A DNA stretch of 32,000 bases from Methanothermus fervidus DSM 2088 (lineage in GTDB: Archaea > Methanobacteriota > Methanobacteria > DSM-2088 > Methanothermaceae): contig CP002278.1 in assembly GCA_000166095.1 (NCBI GenBank), positions 480,001-512,000 of the forward strand. Reading direction: 5' to 3'. The translations under genes and the position numbers were made by a program. The notes beneath the pieces are model-generated. The model did not search any database and was not told the origin of the DNA. It saw only the letters and a list, made by a program, of their open reading frames with translations. Below are positions 1 to 12,151 of the stretch, one piece after another; position 1 is the first letter of the stretch; each line of letters starts with the position of its first letter.

Positions 1-729
1 ATGGGCATTGTAAGTAGAGGAGGAGCATTTATAGCTGCATGGATAAAGTATAATGAGAAAGAAAATCCATTATATCAAAATTTTGAGTATATTTTAGATA
101 TCGCATATGAATATGATGTCACTTTAAGTTTAGGAGATGGTTTAAGACCTGGATGTCTTTACGATGCTTCTGACATGCTTCAAATAAGAGAATTGATAAA
201 TCTAGGAGAGTTAGTAGCCAAAGCCAGAGAAAAAAATGTGCAATGTATGGTTGAGGGTCCTGGACATATGCCATTAGATCAAATAGCCGCAAATGTTAAG
301 ATCCAAAAATCTATATGCAAAAATGCTCCATTTTATGTTTTAGGTCCTATTGTAACCGATATATCACCAGGTTATGACCATATAACAGCAGCTATTGGTG
401 GTGCCATAGCTGCAGCTGCAGGAGCTGACTTCCTTTGTTATGTAACACCTACAGAACATTTATCAATACCTGGAATAAAAGAAGTTAAAGAAGGTGTTAT
501 AGCAGCTAAAATAGCTGCACAAGCAGCAGATGTATCTAAGGGTTTATCTAAAGCATGGAGTAAAGAATTAAAAATGTCTGAAGCAAGAAAAGATTTTAAA
601 TGGGATGAACAATTTAAATTAGCTTTAGATCCTAAGAAAGCAAAAAAATATTATGAACCAAGTAAAGGAGCATGTTCTATGTGTGGAGAATATTGTGCAA
701 TTAAAATTTTAAAAGATTTATTTGAATGA
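1..729 (+). CDS. thiC: Phosphomethylpyrimidine synthase ThiC, C-terminal part (5' end truncated by window edge)
   Basis: Protein begins inside the conserved [10 protein letters not shown] region; contains [32 protein letters not shown] and YVTPTEHL, and ends with the radical SAM [4Fe-4S] motif [11 protein letters not shown] (CX2CX4C). Confidence 0.97.
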   Translation: MGIVSRGGAFIAAWIKYNEKENPLYQNFEYILDIAYEYDVTLSLGDGLRPGCLYDASDMLQIRELINLGELVAKAREKNVQCMVEGPGHMPLDQIAANVKIQKSICKNAPFYVLGPIVTDISPGYDHITAAIGGAIAAAAGADFLCYVTPTEHLSIPGIKEVKEGVIAAKIAAQAADVSKGLSKAWSKELKMSEARKDFKWDEQFKLALDPKKAKKYYEPSKGACSMCGEYCAIKILKDLFE

Positions 730-741
730 GAGGATGATAAG

Positions 742-2406
742 TTGAAATATATAAAACTTGTGGAATTGTATGAAAAATTAGAATCAACAACAAAAAAGTT
801 AAAAAAAATAGATTTGCTTTCTAAATTTTTATCAGAAGTAGATAAAGAGTTGCTTCCAGCTGTAGTTTTAATGACATTAGGCACTGTTTTTCCTGGATGG
901 AGTGAAAAAGAATTAGGTGTAGGATTTAAATTACTTGTAAAGGCGATGTCAATTGTTTCTGGAATATCTGCTAACAAAATAGAAGAAAAAATTGCTGAAG
1001 AAGGCGATGTAGGGCTAGCAGCAGAAAAATTGTTCAAAAAAAGAAGACAAGTCACCTTTATTACACAACCACTTACAGTTGAGAAAGTCTATACAAATTT
1101 AAAAAAAGTTGCAGACATAACAGGAGAAGGTGCACAAACACGTAAAATAAATCTTATAACAGATATTCTTTCTTTGGCAAAACCAAAGGAGGCCAAATAT
1201 TTAACAAGAATGATATTAGAAGAGTTGAGGGTAGGTGTAGGCGAAGGAATAATGAGGGATGCAATTGCTAAAGCATTTAAAGTAGATCCAAAGATTGTAG
1301 AACGAGCTCATATGTTAACAAATGATTTAGGTTTAGTTGCAAAAGTTGCATGTGAAAAAGGAGTCGAAGGCTTAAAACAACTTTCATTGAAGCCCGGCAG
1401 GCCTGTTAAACCTATGTTAGCACAAACAGCGCCAAGCATTAAAAAAGCCATAGAAGAAATGGGGAAAGCCTTTTGTGAAACTAAATATGATGGAATAAGA
1501 GTCCAAATCCATAGAAAAAATTCAGAAATAGTTGTTTTTACACGTAGACTTGAAAATATAACTAATGCAGTTCCAGATATAGTTGATGCTGTGGAAAAAG
1601 CATTGCCAAAAAAGGATTTCATCGTTGAAGGAGAAATAATAGGAGTTAAAAATGGTAGGCCAATTCCTTTCCAGTATTTATTACACAGAATTAGACGTAA
1701 ATATGAAATTGAAAAGGCTATAAAAGAAATTCCTTTTACATTGTTCCTTTTCGATGTTTTATATTTTGAAAATCCATTAATAGATGAAAAATTCGAAAAT
1801 AGAAGAAAAATATTAGAATCTATAACAAAAACTAAGGAAGGAAAGGTTGAACTTAGTCGAAAAGTAGAAGTAACTTGTGAAAATATAGATGATGCAGAAA
1901 AATTGTTTAAGGAATCAATAGAAGCTGGTCATGAAGGAATAATGATAAAAGATCCGAATGCTCCATATATTCCAGGAATACGTGGAAAAAAAATGTTAAA
2001 ATATAAAGCAGAGCCAGAAACTCTTGATTTAGTAGTAATTGGTGGAGATTATGGTGAAGGTAAAAGAGCACACCTAGTGGGTTCATATCTTGTTGCAGCT
2101 AGAGATGAAGATACAGGGGAGCTAAAACCTGTTGCACATGTTGCAACTGGTTTAGATGATGATACACTTAAGAATTTAACTGAAAGAATGGAACGCATAA
2201 TGGTAAATAAAAAAGGTAAAAAGATAGAAGTTGAACCCAAAATAATATTAGAAGTAGCATTTAGCGAGATTGTTAAAAGTCCAGAATATGAAAGTGGTTA
2301 TTCCCTGCGATTCCCTGTCGTTAAAAGAATAAGAGATGATTTAAGTTTAGAGGATGTTGACACTGTCCAAAGAATAGAATCAATGTACAAGAAAAAATTT
2401 GGGTGA
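742..2406 (+). CDS. lig: ATP-dependent DNA ligase (archaeal type), TTG start
   Basis: Nucleotidyltransferase motif I KYDGIR ([15 protein letters not shown]), VEGEIIG, EGIMIKD and [13 protein letters not shown]; full-length 554 aa. Confidence 0.96.
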   Translation: MKYIKLVELYEKLESTTKKLKKIDLLSKFLSEVDKELLPAVVLMTLGTVFPGWSEKELGVGFKLLVKAMSIVSGISANKIEEKIAEEGDVGLAAEKLFKKRRQVTFITQPLTVEKVYTNLKKVADITGEGAQTRKINLITDILSLAKPKEAKYLTRMILEELRVGVGEGIMRDAIAKAFKVDPKIVERAHMLTNDLGLVAKVACEKGVEGLKQLSLKPGRPVKPMLAQTAPSIKKAIEEMGKAFCETKYDGIRVQIHRKNSEIVVFTRRLENITNAVPDIVDAVEKALPKKDFIVEGEIIGVKNGRPIPFQYLLHRIRRKYEIEKAIKEIPFTLFLFDVLYFENPLIDEKFENRRKILESITKTKEGKVELSRKVEVTCENIDDAEKLFKESIEAGHEGIMIKDPNAPYIPGIRGKKMLKYKAEPETLDLVVIGGDYGEGKRAHLVGSYLVAARDEDTGELKPVAHVATGLDDDTLKNLTERMERIMVNKKGKKIEVEPKIILEVAFSEIVKSPEYESGYSLRFPVVKRIRDDLSLEDVDTVQRIESMYKKKFG

Positions 2407-2636
2407 ATAGTATGAAGGCAAAGCCAGTGATAAACATAGAAGAATGTAAAGGCTGTGGTAGGTGCATAGAAGATTGTCCAAAAAACGCTCTTGTAATGAG
2501 CAGTAAAATAAACAGTAGAGGCTACAATTATGTTGAATATATAGGTAAGAAATGTAATGGTTGTGGGAACTGTTACTATACATGTCCAGAACCATTGGCA
2601 ATAGAAGTTCATATTTTAAAAGAAGGGGATCCATAA
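2403..2636 (+). CDS. Small 2x[4Fe-4S] ferredoxin, 2-oxoacid:ferredoxin oxidoreductase delta subunit (KorD)-like; GTG 2403 or ATG 2412 start
   Basis: Two complete motifs [13 protein letters not shown] and [14 protein letters not shown], about 77 aa, with KorD-like spacing ([12 protein letters not shown] between clusters). No KorA/B/C in the window. Confidence 0.85.
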   Translation: MNSMKAKPVINIEECKGCGRCIEDCPKNALVMSSKINSRGYNYVEYIGKKCNGCGNCYYTCPEPLAIEVHILKEGDP

Positions 2637-3973
2637 TGTCATCAAAAGTTTCAGCCAAAAAAATTCTTGAAGAAGTAGGAGCCGAAGCTGGCGATGTAAT
2701 TAAAATTGTAAAACCAAACATAACATATAAAGGTATCTTATTAGATAGACCTGAAACTTTTGATAAGAATTATATAACTTTAAAACTTGATAATGGTTAC
2801 AATATTGGCATAGATATTTCAGATGCAAAAATAGAACTTATAGAAAAATCAACAAAATCAGAAATAAAGTTTGAAGGTTTAGATATCAAAGAAGATCCTA
2901 ATCTACCTTTTATTTCAATCATTTCTACAGGAGGAACAATATCTTCAATTATTGATTATAGGACAGGGGCTGTTCATCCAAGATTTACAGCAAATGATTT
3001 ATTGAATGCTTATCCCGAACTTTTAGATGAAGCTAACATAAAATGTAAAGAAATTTTAAATATTTTAAGCGAAAATATGGATCCAAAATATTGGGAGAAA
3101 ATTGCTAGAGCCATATACAAAGAAATTAAAAATGGTGTCGATGGTATAGTTGTGACACATGGAACAGACACCATGCATTACACAGCTGCTGCATTGGCTT
3201 TCATGATAAGGACTCCTATTCCAATCATACTAACAGGTGCACAACGTAGTTCTGACAGGCCTTCCACAGATGCTCGTTTAAATTTAATTAGTTCAGTTGT
3301 CGCTGCTAAATCTGATATTGCAGAAGTTGCTGTGTGTATGCATGCCACACCTCATGATAGAGAATGTTATTTACATCGAGGAGTAAAAGTAAGAAAAATG
3401 CATACTTCACGTAGAGATGCATTCTTAAGTATTAATGATTTACCACTGGCAAAAATAAAGGATAACAAAGTAGAGATCATCAACAATAATTATATAAAAA
3501 GAGATACAATGGAACCCAAATTAAATAACAAATTAGAACCAAAAGTAGCATTAATAAAAACATATCCTGGCATGAATGCAGAAATAATAGATTTTTATGT
3601 AGAAAACAATTATCAAGGCATAGTTATTGAAGGTACAGGACTTGGGCACTGTGCAGAATCTCTAATTCCAAGCATAAAAAGAGCTAAAGATGCAGGAATT
3701 CCTGTTGTCATGACTTCTCAATGCATAAATGGACGTATAAATATGAATGTTTATAGTACTGGAAGAAAATTACTTAAAGCTGGTGTTATACCTGCCCAAG
3801 ATATGCTACCAGAAGTTGCTTTAGTAAAACTGATGTGGGTACTTGGACAAACAAAAGATTTTGAAGAAGTTTCAAAAATGATGACTAAAAATTTAGTGGG
3901 TGAGATCAACAATAAATCATCGCTTATTTATTTCCCAGGTGGATATCATGGACTGGAAAAAGATAGGTCTTAA
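2636..3973 (+). CDS. gatD: Glutamyl-tRNA(Gln) amidotransferase subunit D (archaeal asparaginase-like)
   Basis: [36 protein letters not shown] and [15 protein letters not shown] asparaginase/GatD motifs. ATG at 2636 overlaps the ferredoxin stop (TAATG); the supplied ORF start at 2561 is upstream of the real start. Confidence 0.96.
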   Translation: MSSKVSAKKILEEVGAEAGDVIKIVKPNITYKGILLDRPETFDKNYITLKLDNGYNIGIDISDAKIELIEKSTKSEIKFEGLDIKEDPNLPFISIISTGGTISSIIDYRTGAVHPRFTANDLLNAYPELLDEANIKCKEILNILSENMDPKYWEKIARAIYKEIKNGVDGIVVTHGTDTMHYTAAALAFMIRTPIPIILTGAQRSSDRPSTDARLNLISSVVAAKSDIAEVAVCMHATPHDRECYLHRGVKVRKMHTSRRDAFLSINDLPLAKIKDNKVEIINNNYIKRDTMEPKLNNKLEPKVALIKTYPGMNAEIIDFYVENNYQGIVIEGTGLGHCAESLIPSIKRAKDAGIPVVMTSQCINGRINMNVYSTGRKLLKAGVIPAQDMLPEVALVKLMWVLGQTKDFEEVSKMMTKNLVGEINNKSSLIYFPGGYHGLEKDRS

Positions 3974-5813
3974 GGTTGGACTGGAAATACATCAACAACT
4001 TGATACCAAACATAAACTTTTTTGTCCTTGCAAATGTGAGCTAATCGATAAAGATCCTGAGTTTAAAATATTTAGAAAACTTAGACCTACGTTAAGTGAG
4101 TTAGGTAAATTTGATAGAGCAGCGCTCGAAGAAGCACGGAGAAAATTAAAATTCATTTACCAAGCCTATACTAATGAAACATGTTTAGTTGAGGCAGATG
4201 AAGAACCACCACATAGTATCAATAAAGAAGCTTTGGAAATTTCATTAACAATAGCTTTACTTCTTAACATGAACATAGTAGATGAATTTCATGTGATGAG
4301 AAAACAAGTGATAGATGGTAGTAATACTACAGGATTTCAAAGAACAGGATTGCTTGCAACTAATGGATATGTAAAGACTCCAAATGGGAAGGTTGGTATA
4401 CAGACTTTATGTTTAGAAGAGGATGCTGCAAGAAAAGTAAAAAAAACAAAAGATGGTGTAATATTTAGGTTAGATAGGTTAGGAATTCCTTTGGTAGAGA
4501 TAGCAACTGAACCAACAATGAATGATCCGGAACAAGTAAAAGAAGTTGCATATAAAATTGGCCAGATATTAAGAAGTACGAAAGTAAAGAGAGGTATAGG
4601 TACTATAAGGCAAGACCTTAACATCTCAATTAAAGATGGAGCTCGTGTTGAAATTAAAGGTGTTCAAGATTTAGATTTAATTCCTACAATAGTTAAAAGA
4701 GAGGTTCAAAGACAATTATCCCTCTTAGAAATAAAAAATGAATTACAAAATAGAAATGCTCAAGTTCCAAATAAAATATACGATGTTAAGGAAATATTTA
4801 AAAATACATCTTCTAAGATAATTGCTAATTCTCCACATGTCATGGCTATAAAATTATGTGGATTTGGAGGCTTACTTGGAAAAGAAGTGCAGCCAGGTAG
4901 AAGATTTGGAACTGAACTTTCTGATTATGCAAAAAAAAGAGGCGTTGGCGGCATAATTCATACTGACGAACTTCCTGCTTATGGAATTAGTAAAGAAGAA
5001 ACTGAAAATCTTAAAGATTATTTAAATGTTAGTGATGAAGATGCAGTTGTAATGGTAGTTGGTGAAAAGGAGAAATGTATTGAAGCTTTAAAAGAAGTTC
5101 AAAAGCGTGCTAAGCTTGCAATAAAAGGAGTACCTGAAGAAACTCGTAGAGCATTAAGTGATGGTAATACTGAATATTTAAGACCATTGCCAACAGCAAG
5201 CAGAATGTATGTAGAAACTGATATTCCTCCAGTCCCTATAACCAAAGAATATATAGAAAAAATAAAATCTAATCTTCCAGAACTTCCAGAAGAGAAAATG
5301 AGGAGAGTTATGAGTGAATATAACATAAGTGAAGATTTAGCATCTCAATTACTTAAAAAAGATCGGATTGACATTTTTGAAAAAATTATGGAAAAAGTGA
5401 ATTTAGAAGGTAAGATTGTTGGTGCCACTTTGGCATATTCATTAGATGAAATTAGAAGAGAAGGTCATGACATTGATAAATTAACTTTCAACGATTTATT
5501 AGATGTATTTAAATTATTAGAAAATAAAGAAATATCAAAAGATGCTATCAATGAAATATTGGCATACATGACAGATAAAAATTGTTCTGCAGAAGAAGCA
5601 GCAGAAAAATTAGACCTAAAACTACTTAGCGAGGATGAAATCAAATCGATCATTGATGAAATAATATCAGAAAATATTGAGTTAATTAAGGAAAGAGGAA
5701 CGAATGCTATTGGACCAATAATGGGAATGTCCATGAAAAAACTTAGAGGTAAAGCTGATGGAAAAGTAGTAAATAAAATTGTTACTAAAAAAATTCAAAA
5801 GTTGGTATCATGA
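3948..5813 (+). CDS. gatE: Glutamyl-tRNA(Gln) amidotransferase subunit E
   Basis: [41 protein letters not shown] and [11 protein letters not shown]; C-terminal YqeY-like tail ending [15 protein letters not shown]-type sequence ([16 protein letters not shown]). Likely start ATG 3948 ([18 protein letters not shown]), overlapping gatD by 26 nt. Confidence 0.96.
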   Translation: MDWKKIGLKVGLEIHQQLDTKHKLFCPCKCELIDKDPEFKIFRKLRPTLSELGKFDRAALEEARRKLKFIYQAYTNETCLVEADEEPPHSINKEALEISLTIALLLNMNIVDEFHVMRKQVIDGSNTTGFQRTGLLATNGYVKTPNGKVGIQTLCLEEDAARKVKKTKDGVIFRLDRLGIPLVEIATEPTMNDPEQVKEVAYKIGQILRSTKVKRGIGTIRQDLNISIKDGARVEIKGVQDLDLIPTIVKREVQRQLSLLEIKNELQNRNAQVPNKIYDVKEIFKNTSSKIIANSPHVMAIKLCGFGGLLGKEVQPGRRFGTELSDYAKKRGVGGIIHTDELPAYGISKEETENLKDYLNVSDEDAVVMVVGEKEKCIEALKEVQKRAKLAIKGVPEETRRALSDGNTEYLRPLPTASRMYVETDIPPVPITKEYIEKIKSNLPELPEEKMRRVMSEYNISEDLASQLLKKDRIDIFEKIMEKVNLEGKIVGATLAYSLDEIRREGHDIDKLTFNDLLDVFKLLENKEISKDAINEILAYMTDKNCSAEEAAEKLDLKLLSEDEIKSIIDEIISENIELIKERGTNAIGPIMGMSMKKLRGKADGKVVNKIVTKKIQKLVS

Positions 5814-6724
5814 GATATGATATTATTGTAGTTGGGGCTGGACCTGCAGGTTTAACTGCAGGTTTATATGGAGGAAGACAGGGTGATAATGTCCTAATTT
5901 TAGAGAAAGGTCGTGTTGGTGGAAAAGGTTTGGAAATTCCATATATTGAAAATTATCCTGGTTATAAAAAAGTTAAAGGAATGGTTTTAATAGAAAAAAT
6001 GAAAGAACAAGTTTCTCCACTTGTTGATATAAAAGAACTTGAAGAGGTTAAAAGTATTAAACATGAAAATTCAAAATTTATTGTTACTACCACAAAAAAC
6101 AAATATTTAAGTAAGGCTGTTATTTTAGCAACTGGAACTACACACAGAGAATTAAATGTTCCAGGAGAAAAAGAATTTAAAGGAAGAGGTGTCAGTTATT
6201 GTGCTATATGTGATGGACCTCTATATATAAATAAAAATATTTTAGTGGTTGGTGGTGGGAATAGTGCTGTACAAGAGGCTATATATCTCAAAAGCATAGG
6301 ATGTAAAGTTAAATTAGTACATAGAAGAAATAAATTAAGAGCTGAAAAATATTTACAAAAGAAACTTAAAGATTTAAATATTCCTGTAATTTGGGATTCA
6401 GTTGTAGAAAAAATAAGAGGCAACAATTCAGTTGAAGAGGTAGTTTTATACAATAAAAAAACAAAAGAAAAGAAAATTGTTGAAGTTGACGGTGTTTTTA
6501 TAGCAATAGGTGAAATACCTCTCAATAAGTTAGCTAGGGATCTTGGAGTCAAGCTTGATAAAAGAGGATATGTAATGACTGATGAGTTTCAAAGGACAAA
6601 TGTTCAACATGTATATGCTGCAGGAGACATTACACATACTCCAAATCAATGGATTGTAGCATGTTCTGAAGGTGCAATAGCAGCATTAACAGCACATAAC
6701 GATCTTTTACGGGGACAAAAATGA
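5810..6724 (+). CDS. trxB: Thioredoxin reductase (NADPH-dependent FAD oxidoreductase)
   Basis: FAD GxGxxG ([14 protein letters not shown]), redox CAICDGP (CxxC), NADPH-binding [12 protein letters not shown] and [10 protein letters not shown]-terminal VYAAGDIT. Confidence 0.95.
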   Translation: MRYDIIVVGAGPAGLTAGLYGGRQGDNVLILEKGRVGGKGLEIPYIENYPGYKKVKGMVLIEKMKEQVSPLVDIKELEEVKSIKHENSKFIVTTTKNKYLSKAVILATGTTHRELNVPGEKEFKGRGVSYCAICDGPLYINKNILVVGGGNSAVQEAIYLKSIGCKVKLVHRRNKLRAEKYLQKKLKDLNIPVIWDSVVEKIRGNNSVEEVVLYNKKTKEKKIVEVDGVFIAIGEIPLNKLARDLGVKLDKRGYVMTDEFQRTNVQHVYAAGDITHTPNQWIVACSEGAIAALTAHNDLLRGQK

Positions 6725-7275
6725 TTGTAATTATTGATAATTATGGTCAATACAACCACAGGATATATAGAACATTAAGATATTTAGGAATAAAGTGTAA
6801 ATTGATTGAGAATAATACATCAGTTAAAGAGATCGAAAAAATGGATCCTTTGGGACTTATCATTGGTGGTGGACCATCTATTGAAAGATCAGGCAATTGT
6901 AAAGAATATATAAAGAAACTTGACATACCTATCTTAGGAATATGTTTAGGACACCAACTCATAGCATTAGTATTTGGTGGAAAATTACGTAGTGCAGAAT
7001 TTGAAGAATATGCAATGGTAGAAATAGATATAATAGATGAAAATGATATATTTATTGGTTTAGGCCCAAAAATGAGAGTATGGGCATCACATAAAGATGA
7101 AGTAATAAAATTACCATCTAATTTTGAGTTGTTAGCAAGTTCTAAAATGTGTAAAATAGAAGCCATGAAACATTGCAAGAAACCTATTTATGGTGTACAA
7201 TTCCATCCAGAAGTTCATCACACTGAAAACGGTGAAAAAATATTTGCAAATTTCTATGAAGTTTGTAAAAGGTGA
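6721..7275 (+). CDS. guaAA: GMP synthase subunit A (glutamine amidotransferase), archaeal split form
   Basis: Class I glutaminase: [21 protein letters not shown] (catalytic Cys) and [11 protein letters not shown]. It is directly followed by the PPase subunit. Confidence 0.96.
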   Translation: MIVIIDNYGQYNHRIYRTLRYLGIKCKLIENNTSVKEIEKMDPLGLIIGGGPSIERSGNCKEYIKKLDIPILGICLGHQLIALVFGGKLRSAEFEEYAMVEIDIIDENDIFIGLGPKMRVWASHKDEVIKLPSNFELLASSKMCKIEAMKHCKKPIYGVQFHPEVHHTENGEKIFANFYEVCKR

Positions 7276-7279
7276 AAAA

Positions 7280-8206
7280 ATGTTTAAACCTCAAGAATTC
7301 ATAGAAGAAGCTGTAGAAAATATCAAAAAAACTGTTGGGAAATCAAAAGCAATAATAGCACTTTCAGGAGGAGTAGATAGTTCTGTAACAGCTTTTTTAG
7401 CAAAAAAAGCATTAGGGGATAGATTGATTGCAGTATTTGTAAATCATGGATTACTAAGAGAAGGTGAAGCTAAAGAAATTAGAAAATTTTTTAAGGACAA
7501 ACTGAATTTTAGGTATGTAGATGCTTCAAAAAGATTTTTAGATGCACTTAAAGGTGTTAAAGACCCTGAAAAGAAAAGAAAAATTATAAGTAAAGTATTC
7601 ATTGAAATATTTGAAGAAGTCGCCAGAGAAGAAGATGCAAAATATTTATTACAAGGTACAATAGCACCTGATTGGATAGAAAGTAGAGGAAAAATAAAAT
7701 CTCACCATAATGTTGTACTTCCTAGTGGTTTAGTACTAAAAGTTGTTGAACCTCTTCGTGATCTCTATAAAGATGAAGTTAGAATATTGGCAAAAGAATT
7801 AGGACTTCCTGAAAAAATAATTAAAAGACAACCATACCCAGGCCCAGGACTTGCTGTTAGAATACTTGGTGAAATCACTCCTCAAAAAATTGAGATATGT
7901 AGAAAAGCCAATAAAATTGTTGAAGAAGAGGTAATTAAGAGAAATTTACATGAAAAATTATGGCAATATTTTGCAGTGCTTACAGACACAAAGGTTACTG
8001 GTGTTAAAGGTGATAAAAGGGATTATGGCTATCTTGTAGTTATAAGGATTGTAGAATCTTTAGATGCTATGACAGCCAAAGTTCCTAAATTACCATGGGA
8101 CTTTTTAAAGAAAGTATCTCAGAGAATAACCTCTGAAATACCTGAAGTTACACATGTAGCTTTATCTATAAGTGATAAACCACCAAGTACTATAGAATTA
8201 GCATGA
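7280..8206 (+). CDS. guaAB: GMP synthase subunit B (ATP pyrophosphatase/synthetase), archaeal split form
   Basis: PP-loop [36 protein letters not shown] and [13 protein letters not shown]. Start ATG 7280 ([15 protein letters not shown]), not 7190. Confidence 0.96.
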   Translation: MFKPQEFIEEAVENIKKTVGKSKAIIALSGGVDSSVTAFLAKKALGDRLIAVFVNHGLLREGEAKEIRKFFKDKLNFRYVDASKRFLDALKGVKDPEKKRKIISKVFIEIFEEVAREEDAKYLLQGTIAPDWIESRGKIKSHHNVVLPSGLVLKVVEPLRDLYKDEVRILAKELGLPEKIIKRQPYPGPGLAVRILGEITPQKIEICRKANKIVEEEVIKRNLHEKLWQYFAVLTDTKVTGVKGDKRDYGYLVVIRIVESLDAMTAKVPKLPWDFLKKVSQRITSEIPEVTHVALSISDKPPSTIELA

Positions 8207-9186
8207 TAAAATTAAAGTTTAGAAGACCATCGCCTGCAGCAAGGAAAGCTATGTGTGATGTAGCATCTAACTCTAAAACTTATTTGTATAAATATAGCTT
8301 AATATCCAAAGCTGAAGAATTAGTAAAAAAAATAACAGGTCATAAATATGCTAGGGTTGTTAATTCTGGAGATTCTGCAATAATGGCTGTGATGAATATA
8401 TTGGAAGAGCCGTTTTTAATACCTGATGAAGGTGGATGGAAAGGATTTATAGAAATAGCAAAAATATTGAATAAAAAAATTTTGAAAGTCCCTACAAATT
8501 TAGGAATAATTGATCCTTCCTTTTTTGAGGAATATCTAGATAAATTAAATGATAAACCTTCTGCGCTTTTTGTCACAAGTTTTGCAGGTTATACAGCTGA
8601 ACAGCCAATAAAAAAATTATATAAAATTTGTGATAAACATGATATTCTTTTAGTTGAAGATTCTTCTGGAAGTATTGGAGATCCAAAAAGAAAATTATGT
8701 AATGCATCACACAGCCATATCATTGTTGCATCTACAGGCTCCCCAAAAATTGTTAATGTAGGAAATGGAGGATTTATATCAACAAACGACAAAAAAATAT
8801 TAAAGCAATATTTAATAAGAATGATTAGGGCAGATCCTATTACTTGTGCAGGGATAATCGAAGAGTTGAAAAGAGCCCCTGATGTTTTTGACAAAGTTGT
8901 AAATGCAGTGGCTTACCTTAAGAAAAATATAGATAATGTATTTCATAAAAATAAAAGAGGAGTAAATATAATTTTACCATCAGATAATCCAAAAAAAGAT
9001 AGATTTAAAATTAAAAAACATATAAACATCGAAAAAAATATAATCGTGACTTGCCCAAGATATGAAAGAATTAACAAGAAAGCCATATCTATTGAAATAA
9101 AAAATATAGAACCAAAATGTCTTTCTAAAGAAAACTTAGATAAGATTTTAGATTTACTTTCTAAACTTCAATTGTCAAAAGAGTAG
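8203..9186 (+). CDS. DegT/DnrJ/EryC1/StrS-like PLP-dependent protein, divergent archaeal member
   Basis: Fold type I pattern: [24 protein letters not shown]-like ([12 protein letters not shown]), [12 protein letters not shown], candidate Schiff-base Lys in [21 protein letters not shown] overlap with guaAB. Confidence 0.7.
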   Translation: MIKLKFRRPSPAARKAMCDVASNSKTYLYKYSLISKAEELVKKITGHKYARVVNSGDSAIMAVMNILEEPFLIPDEGGWKGFIEIAKILNKKILKVPTNLGIIDPSFFEEYLDKLNDKPSALFVTSFAGYTAEQPIKKLYKICDKHDILLVEDSSGSIGDPKRKLCNASHSHIIVASTGSPKIVNVGNGGFISTNDKKILKQYLIRMIRADPITCAGIIEELKRAPDVFDKVVNAVAYLKKNIDNVFHKNKRGVNIILPSDNPKKDRFKIKKHINIEKNIIVTCPRYERINKKAISIEIKNIEPKCLSKENLDKILDLLSKLQLSKE

Positions 9187-9640
9187 TTCTTTCTATTAAG
9201 GCATTTTCAACTCCAACAACTTCAACTTCTTTTCCAAGATTATATAACTTTTTTAAATAACTTTCGTTGGGTTTCAGTACTTCATTGTTCTTTTCAAATC
9301 CAAAATCTTTAATAAATTCTTCTATAATATCTTCATCGCATCCTAAAAATACAGCACAAAACTCTTCTGTATCATCTTTTATTCCAACAATGTCTAATGC
9401 TTTTGATATTTGCCTTTCTCCAGCAGTTCTAACACAAATTTCAATGCCTAAATCATTTGCAATGTTTTCATTTCTTTTCATGGCATTTAATGCATGTATC
9501 ACAGCATGCTTAACATGTCTCTTGCCACCTATAGCTCTAGCATCCATTAATTGTATAACACAATCATATTTCTTTATTTTTTCAATTGCTGCGTCAATAT
9601 CTTCAATTTTACCTTTAAGCCCTAATATTTTCATTCTCAT
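9161..9640 (-). CDS. cgi121: KEOPS complex subunit Cgi121 (tRNA t6A biosynthesis accessory)
   Basis: [29 protein letters not shown]...[36 protein letters not shown] matches the Cgi121/TPRKB pattern. Start ATG 9640 (or 9634), overlapping the upstream gene end. Confidence 0.87.
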   Translation of the reverse strand: MRMKILGLKGKIEDIDAAIEKIKKYDCVIQLMDARAIGGKRHVKHAVIHALNAMKRNENIANDLGIEICVRTAGERQISKALDIVGIKDDTEEFCAVFLGCDEDIIEEFIKDFGFEKNNEVLKPNESYLKKLYNLGKEVEVVGVENALIERTTLLTIEV

Positions 9641-11111
9641 AGACTTCCAGTAATAATCTGTTAGCACCACTTACAAATGCATCCACACTAGCCATGACAA
9701 TATCTGGTTGCGTACTCCTTGCAGATATTATTTTGTCTTTATATTTTAATTTAACCATTACATCAATTAAAGCATCTGTTCCGCCAGTTATTGCATCTAC
9801 ATGATATTCCTCCAAGGAAATATCTGCAAAATAGTCTAAACATTTTTTCATAGCTTTTATTGCGGCATCTACTGGTCCTACTCCAGTGCTTGATTCAAGA
9901 ATCTCCTTCCCGTTTATTTTGAGTTTAACAGAAGCTGTTGGAGTTACTTTATTTCCAGATACTACTGTTACCTCCTGAACTTCAACAATCTTCTTAGAAG
10001 GTATACCTAACACATCTTCTGTTATTGCCTGAAGATCCGCATCAGTTACACATTTACCTTTATCTCCCAACTCTTTAATTCTTTGAAATATTTCATTTAA
10101 CTGCTTATCATTTACTTTAACTTTTAACCTTTCTAAATGTTTTTTTAATAAACTTCTCCCTATATGTTTTCCAAGTACAAATCTACGCTTATGTCCAACC
10201 ATCTCTGGAGTTATTGGTTCATAAGTTTCTGCTTTTTTAATTACACCATTTGCATGTATTCCTGATTCATGTGCAAATGCATTTTCGCCAACTATTGCCT
10301 TGTTTGGCTGTAAATACATACCTGTTAATCTTGCTACCATTTTTGATGTTTCATAAAGCTCATTTATTTTGATATTAGTTTTAATATTGTAAAGTGAGTG
10401 TAATGCAACTACGACTTCCTCAAGAGCTGCATTACCAGCTCTCTCACCTATACCATTTACAGTTACATGAACTTCATTTGCACCAGCTCTTATTGCTGAC
10501 AATGAATTTGCAGTAGCTAATCCAAAATCGTTATGACAATGTGCAGCAAGAGGTACATCTAATTTACTTAATTTTTTGTAAAAATCATATGCCCTTTCTG
10601 GTGTTAAAACGCCAACTGTGTCACAAGCACATATTCTTTGTGCTCCTGCATTTATTCCTTCAGTAAATATTTTTTTTAAAAAATTGAAATCACTTCTTGT
10701 TGCATCTTCAGCTGATAACTCCACCACTAATCCATGCTCTAAAGCATATTCAACAGATTCGATTGCCTGTTCTAAAATTTCATTTTTGGTTTTTCGCATT
10801 TTGTATTGTATATGGATATCAGATGTAGGAATAACTAGATGTATACTATCAACGTCACATTCTATTGCAGAATCTATATCTTGTTTTAATGCTCGTGCAA
10901 AACTACATATTTCTGCAGAAAGTCCTTCTGAAGCTATTTTTTTAATGGCATCCCTTTCCCCTGCTGAAGTAATTGCAGAACCTGCTTCTATTATATCTAC
11001 ACCTATAGAATCTAATTTTATGGCTATTCTAAGCTTTTCTTCTGGTGTCAATGATACTCCTGGCGTTTGTTCTCCATCACGTAATGTTGTATCAAGTATT
11101 TTAACTTTCAA
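9615..11111 (-). CDS. cimA/leuA: Alpha-isopropylmalate/citramalate synthase family protein ((R)-citramalate synthase or 2-isopropylmalate synthase)
   Basis: [73 protein letters not shown] and a C-terminal LeuA regulatory-type domain; 498 aa. Substrate specificity is not decidable from sequence by eye. Confidence 0.93.
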   Translation of the reverse strand: MKVKILDTTLRDGEQTPGVSLTPEEKLRIAIKLDSIGVDIIEAGSAITSAGERDAIKKIASEGLSAEICSFARALKQDIDSAIECDVDSIHLVIPTSDIHIQYKMRKTKNEILEQAIESVEYALEHGLVVELSAEDATRSDFNFLKKIFTEGINAGAQRICACDTVGVLTPERAYDFYKKLSKLDVPLAAHCHNDFGLATANSLSAIRAGANEVHVTVNGIGERAGNAALEEVVVALHSLYNIKTNIKINELYETSKMVARLTGMYLQPNKAIVGENAFAHESGIHANGVIKKAETYEPITPEMVGHKRRFVLGKHIGRSLLKKHLERLKVKVNDKQLNEIFQRIKELGDKGKCVTDADLQAITEDVLGIPSKKIVEVQEVTVVSGNKVTPTASVKLKINGKEILESSTGVGPVDAAIKAMKKCLDYFADISLEEYHVDAITGGTDALIDVMVKLKYKDKIISARSTQPDIVMASVDAFVSGANRLLLEVYENENIRA

Positions 11112-12151
11112 TTTTCTCCCTTCTCATTAAATTTTTTTAGAACATTTATTATCCTTGTCAAGCTTTTATGTAACCTTATTTCATATCTTTCAAGGATTTT
11201 AAATTTTGTTTTCCCAATTATTTTATCAATGTCCACAAAGTGAGGGGATGCCATACATAAGATTCCATTGTCTTTAAGATTATCTTTTGCTGAAAGTAAA
11301 AATTCATAATAAAGTTTAGATAATTCCTCACCTTTAGTAGATGTAGATATACCATATGGTGGATCTGTAACTATTGCATCTACCTTTTCCTTTAATTTTA
11401 TTTTTCTTGCATCTTCCTGGAACACTTTAAAATCTTTTATTCCAAAATATTTCAAATTTTCTATTGCTCCTTTAACCATTTTTTTATCAATATCACATCC
11501 AATTACTTTAATTCCTATCATCCCTGCTTCTATTAATACACCGCCAGCACCGCAAAATGGATCTAAAATTTTTTCACCTTTTTTAACTCTAGCAAGATTT
11601 ACCATACACCGTGCAATTTTTGGATCTAATGAAGAAGGATGGAAAAACGGTCTTTTATGGGGTTTGGCAATATTAAAATGTTTTTTATTTATTTTACCAA
11701 TCCTTATACCAAAAAAAACCTTTGAATCATTGAACACTACTCTGACAAAACTTTCTGGATTTTCGAGATTTACTTTTGAACTCGACAATCTATCGATTAT
11801 ACCACCTATCTTCACTTCCATCTCTCTAGAACTAATTTCAGAATTTATTCTTTTTACTCTTACTGCAAATGTTTGGCCAAGTATAGAATCCCAATCAACT
11901 TTTAATATTTTATCTTTTAAATTTTCAATATTTGTCATGAAAAGTAACTTAGATACTTCGTGTGCATAAGCAAGCCTATTTACAAGTATTTCACCAACAT
12001 CTTCATCACTTGAAACTACCATTATACCATCTTTTTGATACTTTACGTTGTAGTTGTTGCATTCAACGTCCAAAACTGCCTTTACTTCAGAATATGGTAT
12101 TTTTGGGTGCTCCCGGGATAAAATTAAAAGAAATTCCATGTTCTCTGCCAC
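11108..12151 (-). CDS. trmG10: tRNA (guanine10-N2)-methyltransferase, THUMP-domain (Trm-G10 / aTrm11)
   Basis: THUMP-like N-terminus, methyltransferase motifs [19 protein letters not shown] and [15 protein letters not shown]-terminal [13 protein letters not shown]. Start may be 12139. Confidence 0.9.
   Translation of the reverse strand: MAENMEFLLILSREHPKIPYSEVKAVLDVECNNYNVKYQKDGIMVVSSDEDVGEILVNRLAYAHEVSKLLFMTNIENLKDKILKVDWDSILGQTFAVRVKRINSEISSREMEVKIGGIIDRLSSSKVNLENPESFVRVVFNDSKVFFGIRIGKINKKHFNIAKPHKRPFFHPSSLDPKIARCMVNLARVKKGEKILDPFCGAGGVLIEAGMIGIKVIGCDIDKKMVKGAIENLKYFGIKDFKVFQEDARKIKLKEKVDAIVTDPPYGISTSTKGEELSKLYYEFLLSAKDNLKDNGILCMASPHFVDIDKIIGKTKFKILERYEIRLHKSLTRIINVLKKFNEKGEN

Noticed and set aside
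651-1622. Minus-strand ORFs (651..1055, 1308..1622) inside the DNA ligase gene
   Set aside because: Ligase is full length and conserved on the + strand; these are shadow ORFs.
2298-2721. Antisense ORFs 2298..2612 and 2380..2721 opposite the ligase end, ferredoxin and gatD start
   Set aside because: Composition follows the complement of clearly conserved + strand genes; no family motif and no plausible SD context.
4337-8894. Minus-strand ORFs inside gatE, trxB, guaA and the DegT-like gene
   Set aside because: All lie fully opposite conserved genes and none has a recognisable domain.
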